Shown here piece after piece: positions 1 to 14,715 of a stretch of DNA of 64,000 nucleotides; within the stretch, counting starts at the first letter, position 1, and each line of letters starts with the position of its first letter. The notes beneath the pieces were generated by a model, which did no database searches, was not told the origin of the DNA, and saw only the letters and a program-made list of their open reading frames with translations. Location: positions 20,026,001 to 20,090,000 of the forward strand of contig CM022665.1 in assembly GCA_012295275.1 (NCBI GenBank), read 5' to 3'. Both the position numbers and the translations under genes were made by a program. This DNA is from Chrysomallon squamiferum (taxonomy: Eukaryota > Animalia > Mollusca).

Positions 1-3
1 ACA

Positions 4-36
<33 letters not shown>

Positions 37-607
37 TCAAAATGCCTTCATAAGACATCGTATCCGATTCTTATTTCACAACATTTACTTTTTTCACAAA
101 CAGTTTTACGACTAAATATTACAGTTCAGATATTTACACACTTGTATTGTACACTCACTGGATTTATAAATAATAAACAACACTAAAATTTTATTTCATT
201 ATCTGAACAACAACAAGAAAACAAAAATACTTTTTAGATTTAAGAATCGACAGAGAAGCATGTATGTGAATTATGTACAATAATTATTTTTTAAATTATT
301 GTTTTAAATTTGTTTTTAAACTGTTTAATTCTTTAAATGGAACAAGCTCACAGTCAGATAACATTATGAAGACTTACTGTGAGTAAATTAATTACATTAT
401 CACTGGTGAGCATGAGCATCTGCTCACAACAAATCATACCAGATGATAAACATTTGTAAATTACATAACTGAATCACTTGTTTTACAAGTCTGGTAACAC
501 AGTTACAGTTTCCAGATAATTAAAAAACTAATATTTAGCATGTCTGTATGTTTCACTATTATGAAGCCAAATACATTACTTTTTGATCTGATTAAAATAA
601 ACATAGT

Positions 608-1050
608 TTATTTTCTCTTGATTGAGATAAGGTTGTGCATCATGTCAAATGTGTTACCATTAGGCTGTACACTGACAGTCTGTCCATCATCTGTCTGTAC
701 CTGCAGAAAACCAAACTCATCAAGTCCACAGACAGTCACCTCCTTACCTCCCTCACTCTCCAGTCGAACTTTGACCCCACTGAAAAAAAGTAAGAAAAAA
801 AGAAGACTCATCTATATTGTAATTCTAGAAATAACTACTTAACAGGATACTTTTTGGTTAACATTTTAACTGTAATTTCTGCTATGTGATATACAGAGCT
901 GCAAGGTAACTATATATGTGATTTATAAAAACAACAACAACAACAAACAAAACAATAACAGGAAAAAAAAACAACAACAAATAAATGACAATCAAAAAAA
1001 CAAGAGAAACAAAAATAAAAAGCTGCCTCTCTCTTTGTGTGTGTCCCATT

Positions 1051-1119
<69 letters not shown>

Positions 1120-2297
1120 ATAACAAGAAATAAATTACAAATAAAAATATAAAACGTACAAAGGGAGAAGTACAACTCGGCAAACTGTATTTGAAAGAGT
1201 AAGAAGAGATGTGTTTGAAGAGAGGACACTGCTCTACTTTGTTCTCTTTCAGTGACAACTGATCACGAAGCAGAGTGACTGCTAACAAGGTGAAAGACAA
1301 ACACCAGGGTAATGTATACAGCGCAGCGTTCAGACAGCATGGAGCCTGTCATTGTAGCCACAGCACTGGCGTATGTAGAGCATCAAAACACAGGTCACTA
1401 GTATTTACATTAGTTCATACTAATACTGCTTATATGACATCAGCGTTCATACACTATTCATAGTTATAGACTGCTTATAGACTAGTGTGTTCATACATTT
1501 TCCAGTTATAGAATGCCTGTATATCAATGTGCTCATACACTGTTTATACAGATTTATACTACTTATAAATCAGTGATCATACACAATCAGTGTGTTCATA
1601 CACTGTTCTCTTACTGCTTATGTATCATTGTGTTCATACACTGTCCATATAGTGTAAGTTACAGACTGATTGTATATCAGTGTGTTGATACTGTTCTCAG
1701 TAGGTTCATGTTGTTCATACACTTATAATTATATACAGCGTATACAACATCAGTTTGTACATACAACAATGTTCATACAGCATCAGTATCTTTATACACC
1801 TTCAGTTTGTTCATACACAGTTCATGCAGTATCAGTTTGTTCAAACCATTACAGTTACACACTATTTATACATCAGTTTGTTCATACATTGTTTATACCA
1901 TTGTAGATTGCTTATGCAATTCATATTCTGTTCATAGAGTTATGTGATATCAGTGAGTTCATAGACTGTTCATATAGTTATACAATAGAATATCAGGGTA
2001 TTGATACATTTTTGATAGTTATTCAATAGAATATTAAAAAAAAATTAAAATAAAAATTAAAACAAAAAAGACTTACCTATGTAACCACCTGTCATAGTAC
2101 AGGTGACAAAACGACTCTCTACCTTCTTTCTGAAACTTCTCTATCAGCTCTTCTATCAGTGTCACTGTTCTAGCTATCAGAGCCTCACTACTACATCGCT
2201 CCAGTGTGCTGTTGTATTGGGTGTTGTGTTGCTGTATCAGATCATTGATACACATTGTAGGGTTGCTGTTGTCCACATTGAAACCACAGCCTGAAAA

Positions 2298-2328
<31 letters not shown>

Positions 2329-3405
2329 GTAACTTAATAAATAAATAAATAAATAAATACATAAATAAGAAAATAAATAAATATGGAAGTAATAAGTAAG
2401 AAAGTAAGTAAATAAGTAGATAAGTAAGGAAATAAGAAGCTAACTAACTAATTAACTATGAAAATAAATAATAACAAACAAGTAAGTAATAAAGTAAGTA
2501 AGCAAGTAAGTAAATAAATAAATAAAATAAATTAAACTAAATGAAGTATTATAAAATGTATTTAGGTGTATTCGTTTGTATCTGACATACAAAAACAGTG
2601 GACAGACACACAGACACACAGAACAAAGAATCTGATCACAAAACCAGTGACATAACACAGAGCTTGTGTCATCACCACATTCACTTTCTCATCAGCCGGT
2701 TTGTGTGTAAACATCGTAGTTGTTGCTGCGCCGATGTCCCGCAAACACTCGGCTGCTGTAACCAAGCAAAGCCTTTCTTGGCATCGTGCTCATCCGCATT
2801 GTTTGAGTCACACCTCACAGTGACGGGATAATGAAGACGTTTTATGATGGATTTGAGAAAACTGTTTGACAGATTCTGTGTCATTGTTCTGCCCACTGGT
2901 CAGTTGTGTACACAGAGAAATGAAGTACAAGATTCCCATCTTGAACCAGTTTATTTAAAAATAGAGTTGATTTTAAGTTTAGTTTTATACAGTTTATTTT
3001 GAAACCCAACCACTTTATTTTAAACCATAGTCAATTGTAAAAGTTTATTTTAAAACACAAGGTTATTTTAAAACAGAGCTACTTTATTTTAGAACATAAC
3101 TAGTTTATTTTGAATGCAACTAGTTTATGTTAAAACACAACTAGTTTGTTTTAAATATAACTAGTTTATTTTAAAACACATTTAATTCTAAAACAGCTTA
3201 TTTTATTTTGGTGTTAATAAACAATATTTTCATCAAAATGATTTCAAGTTTATCATGACATATCAATACAACTCATCAGTTCTCAACCACTTTAATTTAC
3301 CTCAAACATGTCATAAAAGTAAACAATTTATTTTGATTGACCCATTTCTACATTATATATATATAAAATAAAAAAAATAAAAATTAATATAAAATAAAGT
3401 AACAA

Positions 3406-3473
<68 letters not shown>

Positions 3474-3763
3474 TACTAAGACCAGTAATCTATTAATAAT
3501 ACAGATGAATATTTCTAAGTATACAGAAACGTGTATACAAACATATAGATTTTTCTAGTTTGTCAGCACATGTTTAACACATGTTTATATTGACAACAGT
3601 AACAATCCACAATTTATTCACTACTTACTTTATGATTACAGGACATATATACAGACAGATGGATTCAATTTTTTTTTTTTTTCACCTCTTTGCAAATAAA
3701 ACAAAAATCTGTTATTTGTTTTAGTTTTCAGTTTAACATAATTGTATTACTATTTTTATTTTA

Positions 3764-3829
<66 letters not shown>

Positions 3830-6800
3830 CACTATTTGTAAACTTAACTTTCAAATATTCAAAACAAGAACAAGTATTTATCAGAGAAAGAGAAATCTGA
3901 TCATTCTTCAAGAGAAGAATTAAAAAAGACAGTGAAAGTATTTTTATTCAGAAAACAAGGTCTAAGTGTCCACCACTGTAGCCAAGTTTCCCAGCAAGAA
4001 GAATAACATTTTTGTTCTTTCTCTGTCTGACTTATGAGACACACCTTGAATTGTACTAAATATTTATCAAGGTAAATTTACACCTGACAGGTAAGGCACT
4101 TTCACAGAAAATACACCTAATGAATATGTATCAAGGTGATTTTAATAATATTGTTTCTCTGTCTGACTTACAAGACACACCTTGAATAGTATCAAATATT
4201 TATCAGGGTTAATTTACACCTGACAGATAAGGCAGTTTTACTGAAAATATAAAAATGAATATGTATCAAGGTGATTTTTACACCTGACACCTATAAACAA
4301 TGAACTAACACAAAGTCAGTGAAAACTTTCTCACAGCCTTGTTTCATAACTTAATTGTTGAGTGACAAGCACATTATCATCATCAACAACAACAACAACA
4401 TTAATAATTCCTAACACAGGCGACAACAACAGATCAATGTATAAGTAAAAACAGCTGATGAATACGCTGTCACCTTCATCAATGAAGTCAACAACGTGGC
4501 CATTGACAACTACGTCGTGTGAACATGTGTCAAGTTGGTGTAATGAAGCGGCAACAATTGAACAAAGATTAGCACTAATCTGACAGCCAATCCTAACAGC
4601 TCTACCTGTTATTCTCTACTTTATCTCATACAGTGTGGATTAGTGATACTTTGTGTGTGACTCATTGACTGACATAAATCATATACAGACCACACACCGA
4701 GTCAGAACCTAACACATGTAGAAACAGAAACCAACACACACTGAAACTTACACATGCAGAAAAACTCACACAGAGAGAAACCTGCACAGAAAGAGAAATT
4801 ACACACACATAACGAAACTTACACACAGGAAGAAACCTACACAAACAGAAACTTACACATAGAGAGAATCTTATAGAGAGAAACTTACACACATTTAGTA
4901 AGAAACTTACACAAACAGTGAATCTTACACACAGACACTTACACAAACAGAAGAAATGTACACACAGAGAGAATCTTACACACAAAGAGAATCTTACACA
5001 CAGAGAATCTTACACACAAAGAGAATCTTACACAGATAGAAACTTACACACAGAGATAAACTTACACACAGAGAGAATCTTACACATACTCATTTTGCTG
5101 TCACATAAAAAATCTATACAAACTTAAACAAAAGTTCTTGAATAGCTGTTTATTATTTTTTAAATGAAACCATTTTTAATATGATTTTTAAAATTTAAAC
5201 AAGCATTTAAACACTAAATAAATAAATCTAAACAATATATTTGTAAATATCAAGTAATTTATTAAAGTAAAAATCTTGTGTCCTATTAAGCTTAGTGCTC
5301 TCAGAATGAAAGTTAACTGAGTAGCAGTATTTAGTAGAAAGACTTTTATAAAGTTTATTACAGACAAAATGCAGTTTTTGTGCTGTTTAAATTTTAATAA
5401 CGTTACAGACATTAATACCATTTGTAATGTTGTGCCACCTATTTAACCTTAATAGTACTTCAAAAATAACACTTCACTTCTTAATACTTTCTCATTTCTG
5501 ATATATGAATAATGAAATGAAATGAACAGTATCATTATTTATTATAACTCTTTTTATTATATAAAAGTAGCATTTGAGAATTAAATTTGAAAACTGTGTA
5601 AATTACAAAGTGAAACAAGGAAATGCAGGGTATATTTAAATATTGTTTCTAGAACATCAGCCATGTTTGACTGAGTGGGACCAGTAATGACAATGAAAAA
5701 ATCAACATCAAACAAGAACATCAATAAAGAAGCAAATATTCAAGTCTTATCCAATTTCACTAATGGTAGTGACGGCCGATGAGTGTTGCAGCCAAGACGT
5801 TGCAGTCAGCTAATACCCACAGAACAAACAGCATCATATCAGATTGAACACAATAATAACAAAGACAGAGAGAGAAATTTTTGTTACATTTTGGCATCGC
5901 TGACCATTTTCTAATTGACGAGATGAGATTGGACTTTGATTTACCGACATCGTGTTTGTCTTCGACGTCAGCCAATAGTGAGAGATGATTGTAGAGCAAT
6001 AGGAAGACACAAAGTACACTGTGTAATCCATTAAAACTAAAGTGATCTGTGTCTTCATTATAATTATCTCCCTTACTGTACATCTCACTTTGTACAACAG
6101 ATAACAAAACTATCTCGGTATCACTATAACTAATTAAATTCTAATTATCTCCTTTATTATACATTTCACAGTACATTTCACTGTATAAAATAAATAACAA
6201 AACTCTCCACATCACTATGAATAATTAAATTTTAACTCTCTCACTTATTATACATCTCACTGTGTACAATAAATAACAAAACTCTCCACATCACTATGAA
6301 TAATTAAATTTTAACTCTCTCACTTATTATACATCTCACTTATTGTACAATAAATAACAAAACTCTCCACATCACTATGAATAATTACATTTTAATTATC
6401 TCTTATTATACATCTCACAGCATTTCTCACTATATACATCAAATAACTCTCTCCACATCACTATGAATAATTAAATGCTAAACAGATTAATTAAAAGTCA
6501 CCGTAACTAATTAAATTTGAAACAGATTAAATGTCACTACAACTAACTGAATCAATTAAAAATCAGTATCACTAATTAAATTCTAAATAAATTAAATTCC
6601 AACTACTTCTCTACACTGTTAGAAAGTTTCAAAATACAGTGTGTCTATTTCTTAGCATCACATATTTATGTTGATGTAGTTATTTTAATATGTGTAGATA
6701 TAACTCATTATCATCATTATTATTATTATTATTATTTCGTAGTATATCTTGTTTTTTCATAATAACAAACCTATCCTATTTTAAGCTGAATTATGATAAA

Positions 6801-7109
6801 ACATTTATATTACAGAGAATTAAGTTCAAAAAGATTCGCTGGCAATATTTTGATAAAAATTATTCTAGTTGTGTCAATGACTGTGTAAAAAAACAGAACA
6901 CAAATTAAAACTGATTTTACTTACCAATAACAGCGTGTATGATGTTGTCCATCACTGAAGAGTTGACAAGAACACCACCAATTTTGACATCACCACCATA
7001 ATAGATGTCATTTGGCCATTTCAGTCTTAAATCAATATTCTGCAATATAGTAATAATAATAATGATGATGATGATAACAATTAATATTAATAATAATGAT
7101 ATTAATGCC

Positions 7110-7144
<35 letters not shown>

Positions 7145-10100
7145 TGATGATGATGGTGATAATATAATTATAAGAAGAAAGAAAATTGTGTTATCAAGTA
7201 CCCATATTATTTATGTTTGAAATCAGATGATTTAAATTTATATAAAAAAAAACAATAAAAAAAATTTGAATAACAAAAACAAACAACATAAATGTTATCT
7301 GTAGACAATATATAATGTCTATGTGATTACACACAACATTTTAATAATTTATTCTGAATAATTAAAGATACTGATTAGTTTTTGTAATTTCAGGTTGCTG
7401 GGGTTTCAGTTATTATATTTTATTTTTCCACTTCCCTATATTAAAATATTAAAAAAGAAAAAAAAAAAAAAATAAATAAATAAATGATATAAAACTGAAA
7501 CTGAACACAAAACACTAAATACAAGTCAAGCTAATCAATATTTATTGTTTTCCATATACTCAGTCTGTTAATGTTTTTGATCAAATAATTAATATCTTCC
7601 AAATATAATAATTATTTACAGTCATTTTCCATTTTTCCTTGTGTATATTTAAGATCCTCTGCAACTGAAATGTAACAAGTAATATACTATCTCCCATCCA
7701 CCCACAACAACAACAACAACAACAACAAAAAGGCCCAGTCAGTCAAATAGAGGCAATAACATTACTACTGAAGTAAAAATAAAACAGACCTGGTAACCAG
7801 GTAACAGACACACGCTGTGTACAACAGCGAGAGATGCGATGTGTTGTAGAAATGAAACACTCTGTCCTAGTTTTGAATTGACTGGAATCTCAACATGTAG
7901 ACTGAACATAGCACAACCCACTGGACTCAACCACTTGTTGCTTCCACGACCTAATTAACATAAAATATTATAATTAGACGAACATGTAAAATAACATTGT
8001 CCTACACATGACCTGATTAACATAAAATATTATAATTAGTCTAACAGATGACCTGATTAATATAAAATATTATAACTAATTTAATATAGTATTAATGAGA
8101 GTAACTAGACTATAGATTGCATTTAGAACTATACAAGAATATTTCAAATATAAATTAGACACATTTCTGATGAAATCGTCTTTTGGCATGCAGATGTTTT
8201 TGGTTTGGAAAACCCAAGTAATAATTTTTTTGTTTTTCATCTTCCTTCATAAACAGTTGGTTACAATAATAATGATAATAATAATAATAATAATGACAAC
8301 AACAACAATAATAACAAAAATAATAAAATCATGCAGTTAGCACTTGTAAAATTGAGAGAAATAAATAACTGTGAATGAAGGGAGATAACTACCTTTTCCA
8401 GCAGTCTGCCTGCCTGCTATAGCAATGAGTCCAGCTTCTTTTGGAAGTGAAAACTGCAAACTGAAATGTAAAAATATGCAACCTGTAAAAAACTAATAAG
8501 AAGAAATCAAACAGTCTGTACAAGAACATGTTTAATGCTATCATTATGGGTAAGACTGATGAGCATTTCCTATTACTAACTTCTAAACAGCAAAGAATTA
8601 TTTACACAAGCTTCCCAGAAACTGAGGAAGACACAGAGAAACATTTGATATAGCAGTAACGTGAGTCAGACTTGAAACACACCACTGAGAACAGATCCTG
8701 AGGCCTCTCATATCTCACAAACTTCAAGTTATTTCTTTTCCTTGTCTACAAAACAAGTCTCAACTAATCTGGTGTGGAATAAAATTGTTATTGGGTCACT
8801 GCTATATAATAATAAGAAATATTATCCTTTAGCAGAAGATGATGAATAGATAAATAATAAGAAATCTCACTTCAGAAGGAAGTAAAAGATAAGGCAATGA
8901 GAAATCTTACCCTTCAATCAGTGTCATGGTTGATGGAATGACGTCAGTGTACAGAAGTATTTTTCCAATATGCTGAGTTTTGAGATTCTGCCAGTATTTG
9001 TCTTCTTTGAAATACTTCAGTGTCACATCTGTGTCACCTGTAAGCACAGGCAGGTGTTGGGGTGACACGGGTGACGACAGATTATCAGTAAATTCTAGAG
9101 TCACACACTTTGATCGAAGCAGTCCAGATTTCAGTCTGGGTTCTACACTCTTCAGAAACATGTCCTTTGTTGACTAAAACACAAAACAAAACTTTATCTT
9201 ATTTAACAATGTCAGAAGAAGAAACTAATTATTATATGTCTACGGAACATCGAATATTGGTTTAATAAGATACTAAAATGATATTGATGAATATATTAAT
9301 TTTCTGTTACTGTTATTATTTATTATTTGACACTTGTTATTTTTTCCTTGTAACTGTCAACTGGGTGGCATAAACTGCACACAGAGCATGAGACGGTTAA
9401 TACAATAAACAAAGATATCTAACATTCATGTAGATATTACTGTACAAGACAGAAGACCTGTATATCTAACCATTTAATAAACTAAATACAAGACAGCCCA
9501 CTTGTTAGAATTAAAAGACTATATTATCCAAGTCAGTATAATACCTCTTAGATCAAATGTAAAATGACTGTCAAATGATGTAAATACATTTTAAACAATC
9601 TAGATATAACTAACTGAATTATATCTAGTTATAGTGTAGTTTTCCACCATGATAATAACAAATAAACAAATCAGCATTTACTACTACTACTACTCAGAGG
9701 TCTTGCTACATACTGCAAGAGATGGCAGGCCAGACATCTCTTACGGCTTATGAGTTTGCCCACCATTCCTCAGCAATGACAGCAATATCTGCCACCCATT
9801 TATTTAGACTGCCTGTCATGCCATTGTTTTTCACTTTTGGGGTCAGCAGTTCACAAACAAAACTGAAGTAATCCAAAGTGACGACTGTAATAATTAGAAA
9901 TTACCCCCTCCGGCATTTTGAAGTGACACAATCCAATTCCTCTGAAAATTGCTGCTACTCATGATGCTTGTGTAATGAAGGCTTCTGTAACAGGTGCTGC
10001 ATGGCTAAATTATTACGCATGAATTTCAGTGATCACTACAAACTTTTTAACATGCAACTGTGTAATAATTATGTTTTCCCAGATATATAAATCACTTTTT

Positions 10101-10926
10101 AAAATATTATCTTTGATTTTATTTAATTGCAAATAAAATAAACTTGTTAATAGTTAATTCAATTATTTATAGGAGAATTTTATGACAAACAAGTAATTTG
10201 AACTGAGCTCAAAGTACTTGTACCCTGAACATTTTCTGTACCATCCCTTCATTTAACTTGCACCAGTTTCACTTTCACAAATGCTGACAAGACCACTGCT
10301 ACTACTACTACTACAACTACTAATACTACTAATAATGATAATAATAACAATAATTACAATAATAACTGACATTTATATATCTCTAAGGTGCCCAGGGTCC
10401 AGATTTATAAAAGGTAGTAGAAAAACAGTTACATGGCAAAAATGTACACATCCCTGTCTAGGCATCAGTTTAACATTTACCTGTTTTTCAGTCAGAAGAA
10501 CACATGCTGTAAGCTGTAGTGGTGTCTGCTGACCACAGTCCAGTCCTAAACTGACCAGTACATGTTTAAGAATGTCCAGCCTGGCTGAGTTTGATTTCTT
10601 TAAAATTTTAAATTCTTCTGGTTCTCCGACCTCATCTACTGGGTCTCTTTCTACCAGCAACTACAATGTACAAACAATTAAATTTATATCAATATCATTT
10701 AAAAGTTTTATTTAAAAGACTTCGCTGACTTGAAAATGCCAGTCTACACACTGGTAACATTGCTAGTCAAGACTTGCTAACACAAATATGTTAAAAATTA
10801 TTAAAGCACTAAAGGGAATTACCCAATATATCTGATATACAAATGTCTTAGCATTTTACTATACTAATTAAAATTTGACAGTCCAGTATAAAAACAGAAA
10901 TAAATATTATTCTGCAATACACACAC

Positions 10927-10961
<35 letters not shown>

Positions 10962-13900
10962 ATCTGCACTCTTAGGACTGCCACTTGTGTTTGTAATTTC
11001 TGTTTAACAGACAGATTTTCACAGTTAGAACTTTAAAACTATAAATATTTATAATTATTACAAACAAAACTCTACAAAGTGGCCACTCCATCTAATTGCA
11101 AAGTTGATTGAAACTACATATGTATATAATTACAGATATCATCTAAACATGTGAAATGTCTGCCACTAACTTAATTGTGAATTTAATAAAAACTATAAAT
11201 ATATATAATAATTACAGATAAAGCTAAAACGCTTTAATGTCTGCCACTTTAATTAAAACTATAAATGTATATAATAATTAAAGATGTACCTGAGAGAGGA
11301 CTGCCACTCCAGCTGGTTTAGTCTTGTGTTTGACAGATATTAACAACGGTTCCCCTGACAACCTGTCTACAGCCAGAGTGTTGATGACAACATCGTCACA
11401 CTTTGAAGAGTCTACACTGTAACTGTATGGAGATCTGAGAGTACTGAGCCTTGTCCATCTTTCTGTGTCCACTTCACTCAGACCAATTCTTTTCCTGACC
11501 TTTTCTCTTATCACAAAGTTGTCATCCAGTGAACTGCCACAACTGAAAATGCGGCCGCCATCGTTAAAAAACTTGACAAAAGCAACAGCAACATCGTCGT
11601 ACAGACTCTCGCAAGAGATGACGAGCAATGCGGAGTTGTCTGCCCATGGTACATCGTTCACATCAGCATGTTGTAGATGATGTATGGTGTAGCAGTCAGT
11701 GTTTAAACACTGCTCAAGAGAACTCCTGACTCCATTAAACCTGCGAGTGGAGTCTTTTTTACCACAGTATACAATTACATTGGGAGGTTTGACTGGACTC
11801 TTAGACAGTCTGCCCTTCACAAGCACCTCTCCATTCTGACTTTGTGTGTCTGAGCTGTTCACAGCACTGTTTAATTCATTCACACAGCCTGCATCTGTAC
11901 TGTTCACATTACTCTTTAATTCATTCACAGAGTTCTTCTTTGTTCTATTCATGTCAGTATTATTCTCACTTTTCACATCTGTAGTATTCACACTGATCAT
12001 TTCTGCACTATTCACAGTGTTTGTGTCTGTACTGTTTACACTATTTGTGTCTGTACTGGTGTCTGTACACTGCCGGCTGTCACTTCCTCTGCTCACCTTG
12101 TCTGTAAAGGTGACTGCACTGTTTTCACTGTCACTGGAACTGTTTTTAATTCCAGCACAAACTTCACCATTCATAGTGACTGACTCAGACAGAGACATTT
12201 TCACATCCAAATAAATCTCTTCATGCTCTGGTGATCTTTCGCGCTCCACTGCTTTCACTTTGTTAGAGTTTTCTCTCAAAGACACAGAATGATTTTCTCT
12301 CTGTCTCATCTGGTTTCCTCTCAATTCACCATCTTGTAAACATCTGTGTGGCTTTCCTACTGACTGTATGGCTGTAAAGAAAAAAAGAAAAAAGAAAAAA
12401 AAAGAAACAATGTTAATCATATATAAAGAAAATGTTTTGCATTTTTTAAATAAATGTTTGTCTTTTCCATTTATTTATTTATTTATTAAATTGCACACAG
12501 CACGTAGATAACAAATACTTACTCATTATTTTACAAATCTCCAAATTATCTCCCACTGTCAAATGACCTTGACCTAGGGCATCACACATAGCAACAAGTC
12601 CATCGAGTGAACAATGCAGCACTATACCAAATGGTGATCCTGGTCGCCAAGCAACAGGGTAGCCATGTTTTAATACCTAAAAACAAATATATTGATAATG
12701 TGTTTAATGCATGAAATAAACTTATAGTTAGTTAAGCATTTAAATTAACTAATAAATGTTTTATTAATCTACTTCATTACAAGAAATATATTTACAGTTA
12801 GCTAATCATTTAAATTAGACATAATTTTTAATTAACCAGTTTAATATTGTCACGTAATTTATTAAGAAGCTATGTTTACTATTTTCATCATCTCAGTGGT
12901 GCTTATTTGCAAGTCAGAAAACTTAAAATACATATTCTTTCATTACATGTTTGTCTAATCAAATATATATATATATATATATCTCATAAGAAAAGAAAAA
13001 ACCCCACCCAAAACAAATTAGTTTTCAAACATGTTGACATTATTAATATTTGAAATGACAAATTACAAACATTCAAATACCAGATACACATCCACACATG
13101 CATACAAAATATACATAAAATGATAGAAGTGTTAAAAGCAGTTACAACAACGAAGTACAACAACAAGTACAAAGTAAACTAACAGGGACTCTGCAGGCAG
13201 GTGGAGTGTCCTGCAATTTTTTCTGAAATTCTACAACATCAGCTGGTTGGTCAGCTTCAAGCAACAGCAGGATCCCGTTTAGCCAATGGTCATTGGTTGG
13301 ATGGACATCTCGATATGTTGTCCAAGAATGCATGTCAACTATTTGCTAGAAAAATAAGATAATTCATGAACGAAATAATAAGAAAGATGTATCTATATAT
13401 AAAACTACTATTTAAGAATTTACATAAAGGCATCAGTTATCTCCCTTTGACAGTTACTGTTTTATTATGCAGAAGAGTTATTTAGTTACATTAGTGTATA
13501 TATATTTATTTAATTATTTATATTTATATACAGATATGACATATTCTGTTGATTTTTAAAATAAGTAATGTTTAATAAAAGTGAGTTATTTCCCTTTAAG
13601 GGACTCCATTTTAAAAAAAATTACTAATAAAAGCAATTAAAAGGAACTCTTTCCTTGTGATATCAACTGAAAATTCTATTACCATTAACATTAAAGATGT
13701 CTTATTTTCTCATTAATGCTGAGAGAAGAGGACAACCCCCCATTCCCCATACATCTTAGCAGTCCATTATGTGCTGCCATCTGTGGGACAGCAGTGTAAC
13801 TTCTAGTTTTGTTGCTTTCACTCAGAGCTGTTTTTAATTATTTAGTGAAAGTATTAATCAGAATGTTATTTAAAAGTGATTTCTGAACAGAACTGAGTAT

Positions 13901-14715
13901 CACAATATCTGTGCTATGCTGTCTGTACTGGAACATCTTATATAAAACTAGAGACATGAAAAAACAAACCTTTGGCTCAATGGAAGAAATAATTAAATTT
14001 CCATCATTGAGATACTCTCGTGTCTGACAACCTTCAGAACTCTTCACGAGAGTTGAGGGCGACAAATCCACACGTCCATTTTGAACATACCTCACTCTTT
14101 CAACTAACACACTTGACCTGAAAGATAAAAAAAAACAAAAATATAGTAAACTTTCAGTGAACTTTAATAGTGCTGTTTCAACTATTTAACTGGCAAACAC
14201 CTCACTCTTTCAACTAAAACAGACAATAATTTAAAAACATAGTAATAGTCTAATGAACACTAGTAAAGTCACTGAAACATTTATTCAGCAAACTTTGGAC
14301 AGGAGGTGATCAAGATTTCTGGATACAGGATTAATATGGGCTTAAAATATAAAACAAAGAATGGAACTGTATTTAACTGATACAAAAAAAACACACTCTA
14401 AACCAAGGTATCATTAATGTTCACTTAATATTCTTAAAACACTTGTAGAGAATACACCTTTCGTTAGCAAGTTGTGCTTCTGATAGTTTCAGAAAGTTAG
14501 TTATGGTAAAGAAAGGGAAGATACATTTTCTAACAATACTGAAGATTGATTAGAACATATATTAAATAATATTTTTTTAAATTTATTTCAAGCTGAATTG
14601 TAAAAACAAACCTTCTCAGACATTGAGTGACGATGCTACGGTACATTTGTTGACGTTTCTGCTGTCTATACCACTGTACCAGTGAAATGTAGACAAACCC
14701 AATAAACAAAATCAT
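608..14715 (-). CDS. HLCS: Holocarboxylase synthetase / biotin-protein ligase, long N-terminal form (~940 aa, 12 coding exons)
   Basis: Exons in transcription order: 14715-14612, 14117-13970, 13345-13184, 12676-12523, 12371-11290, 10660-10481, 9173-8911, 8460-8393, 7950-7790, 7039-6925, 2290-2077, 779-608 (TAA). All junctions GT-AG with consistent phase; 2823 nt. BPL motifs: [15 protein letters not shown] (biotin-binding loop), [35 protein letters not shown]-terminal [10 protein letters not shown]...[14 protein letters not shown]; N-terminal BPL region KPPNVIVYC. Confidence 0.95.
1390..2035. repeat. Degenerate tandem repeat in HLCS intron 11
   Basis: Recurrent atcagtgtgttcatacactgttcatatagttatagact, ~20-45 bp period. 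Confidence 0.75.
2950..3205. repeat. Degenerate ~21-bp tandem repeat
   Basis: Recurrent tagtttattttaaaacacaac. Confidence 0.7.
4015..4290. repeat. Tandem duplication, ~136 bp x2
   Basis: ctctgtctgactta..agacacaccttgaa...atgaatatgtatcaaggtgatttt at 4021-4144 and 4157-4280. Confidence 0.85.
4720..5090. repeat. ~18-bp tandem repeat
   Basis: Recurrent acacacagagagaa(a/t)ctt. Confidence 0.85.
6060..6480. repeat. ~78-90-bp tandem repeat, about 5 copies
   Basis: Recurrent ataacaaaactctccacatcactatgaataattaaattttaactctctcacttattatacatctcac. Confidence 0.85.

Noticed and set aside
2562-2940. Short ORFs on both strands as a nested gene or neuropeptide precursor
   Set aside because: A plus-strand AG...GT segment (2696-2898) has stops in all three frames, and the minus-strand ORFs show no recognisable family or linkable exons. 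Kept only as a non-coding candidate.
5760-6107. 115-aa and 87-aa minus-strand ORFs in HLCS intron 10
   Set aside because: They begin inside a tandem repeat, have no motif, and are not needed for the in-phase HLCS model.
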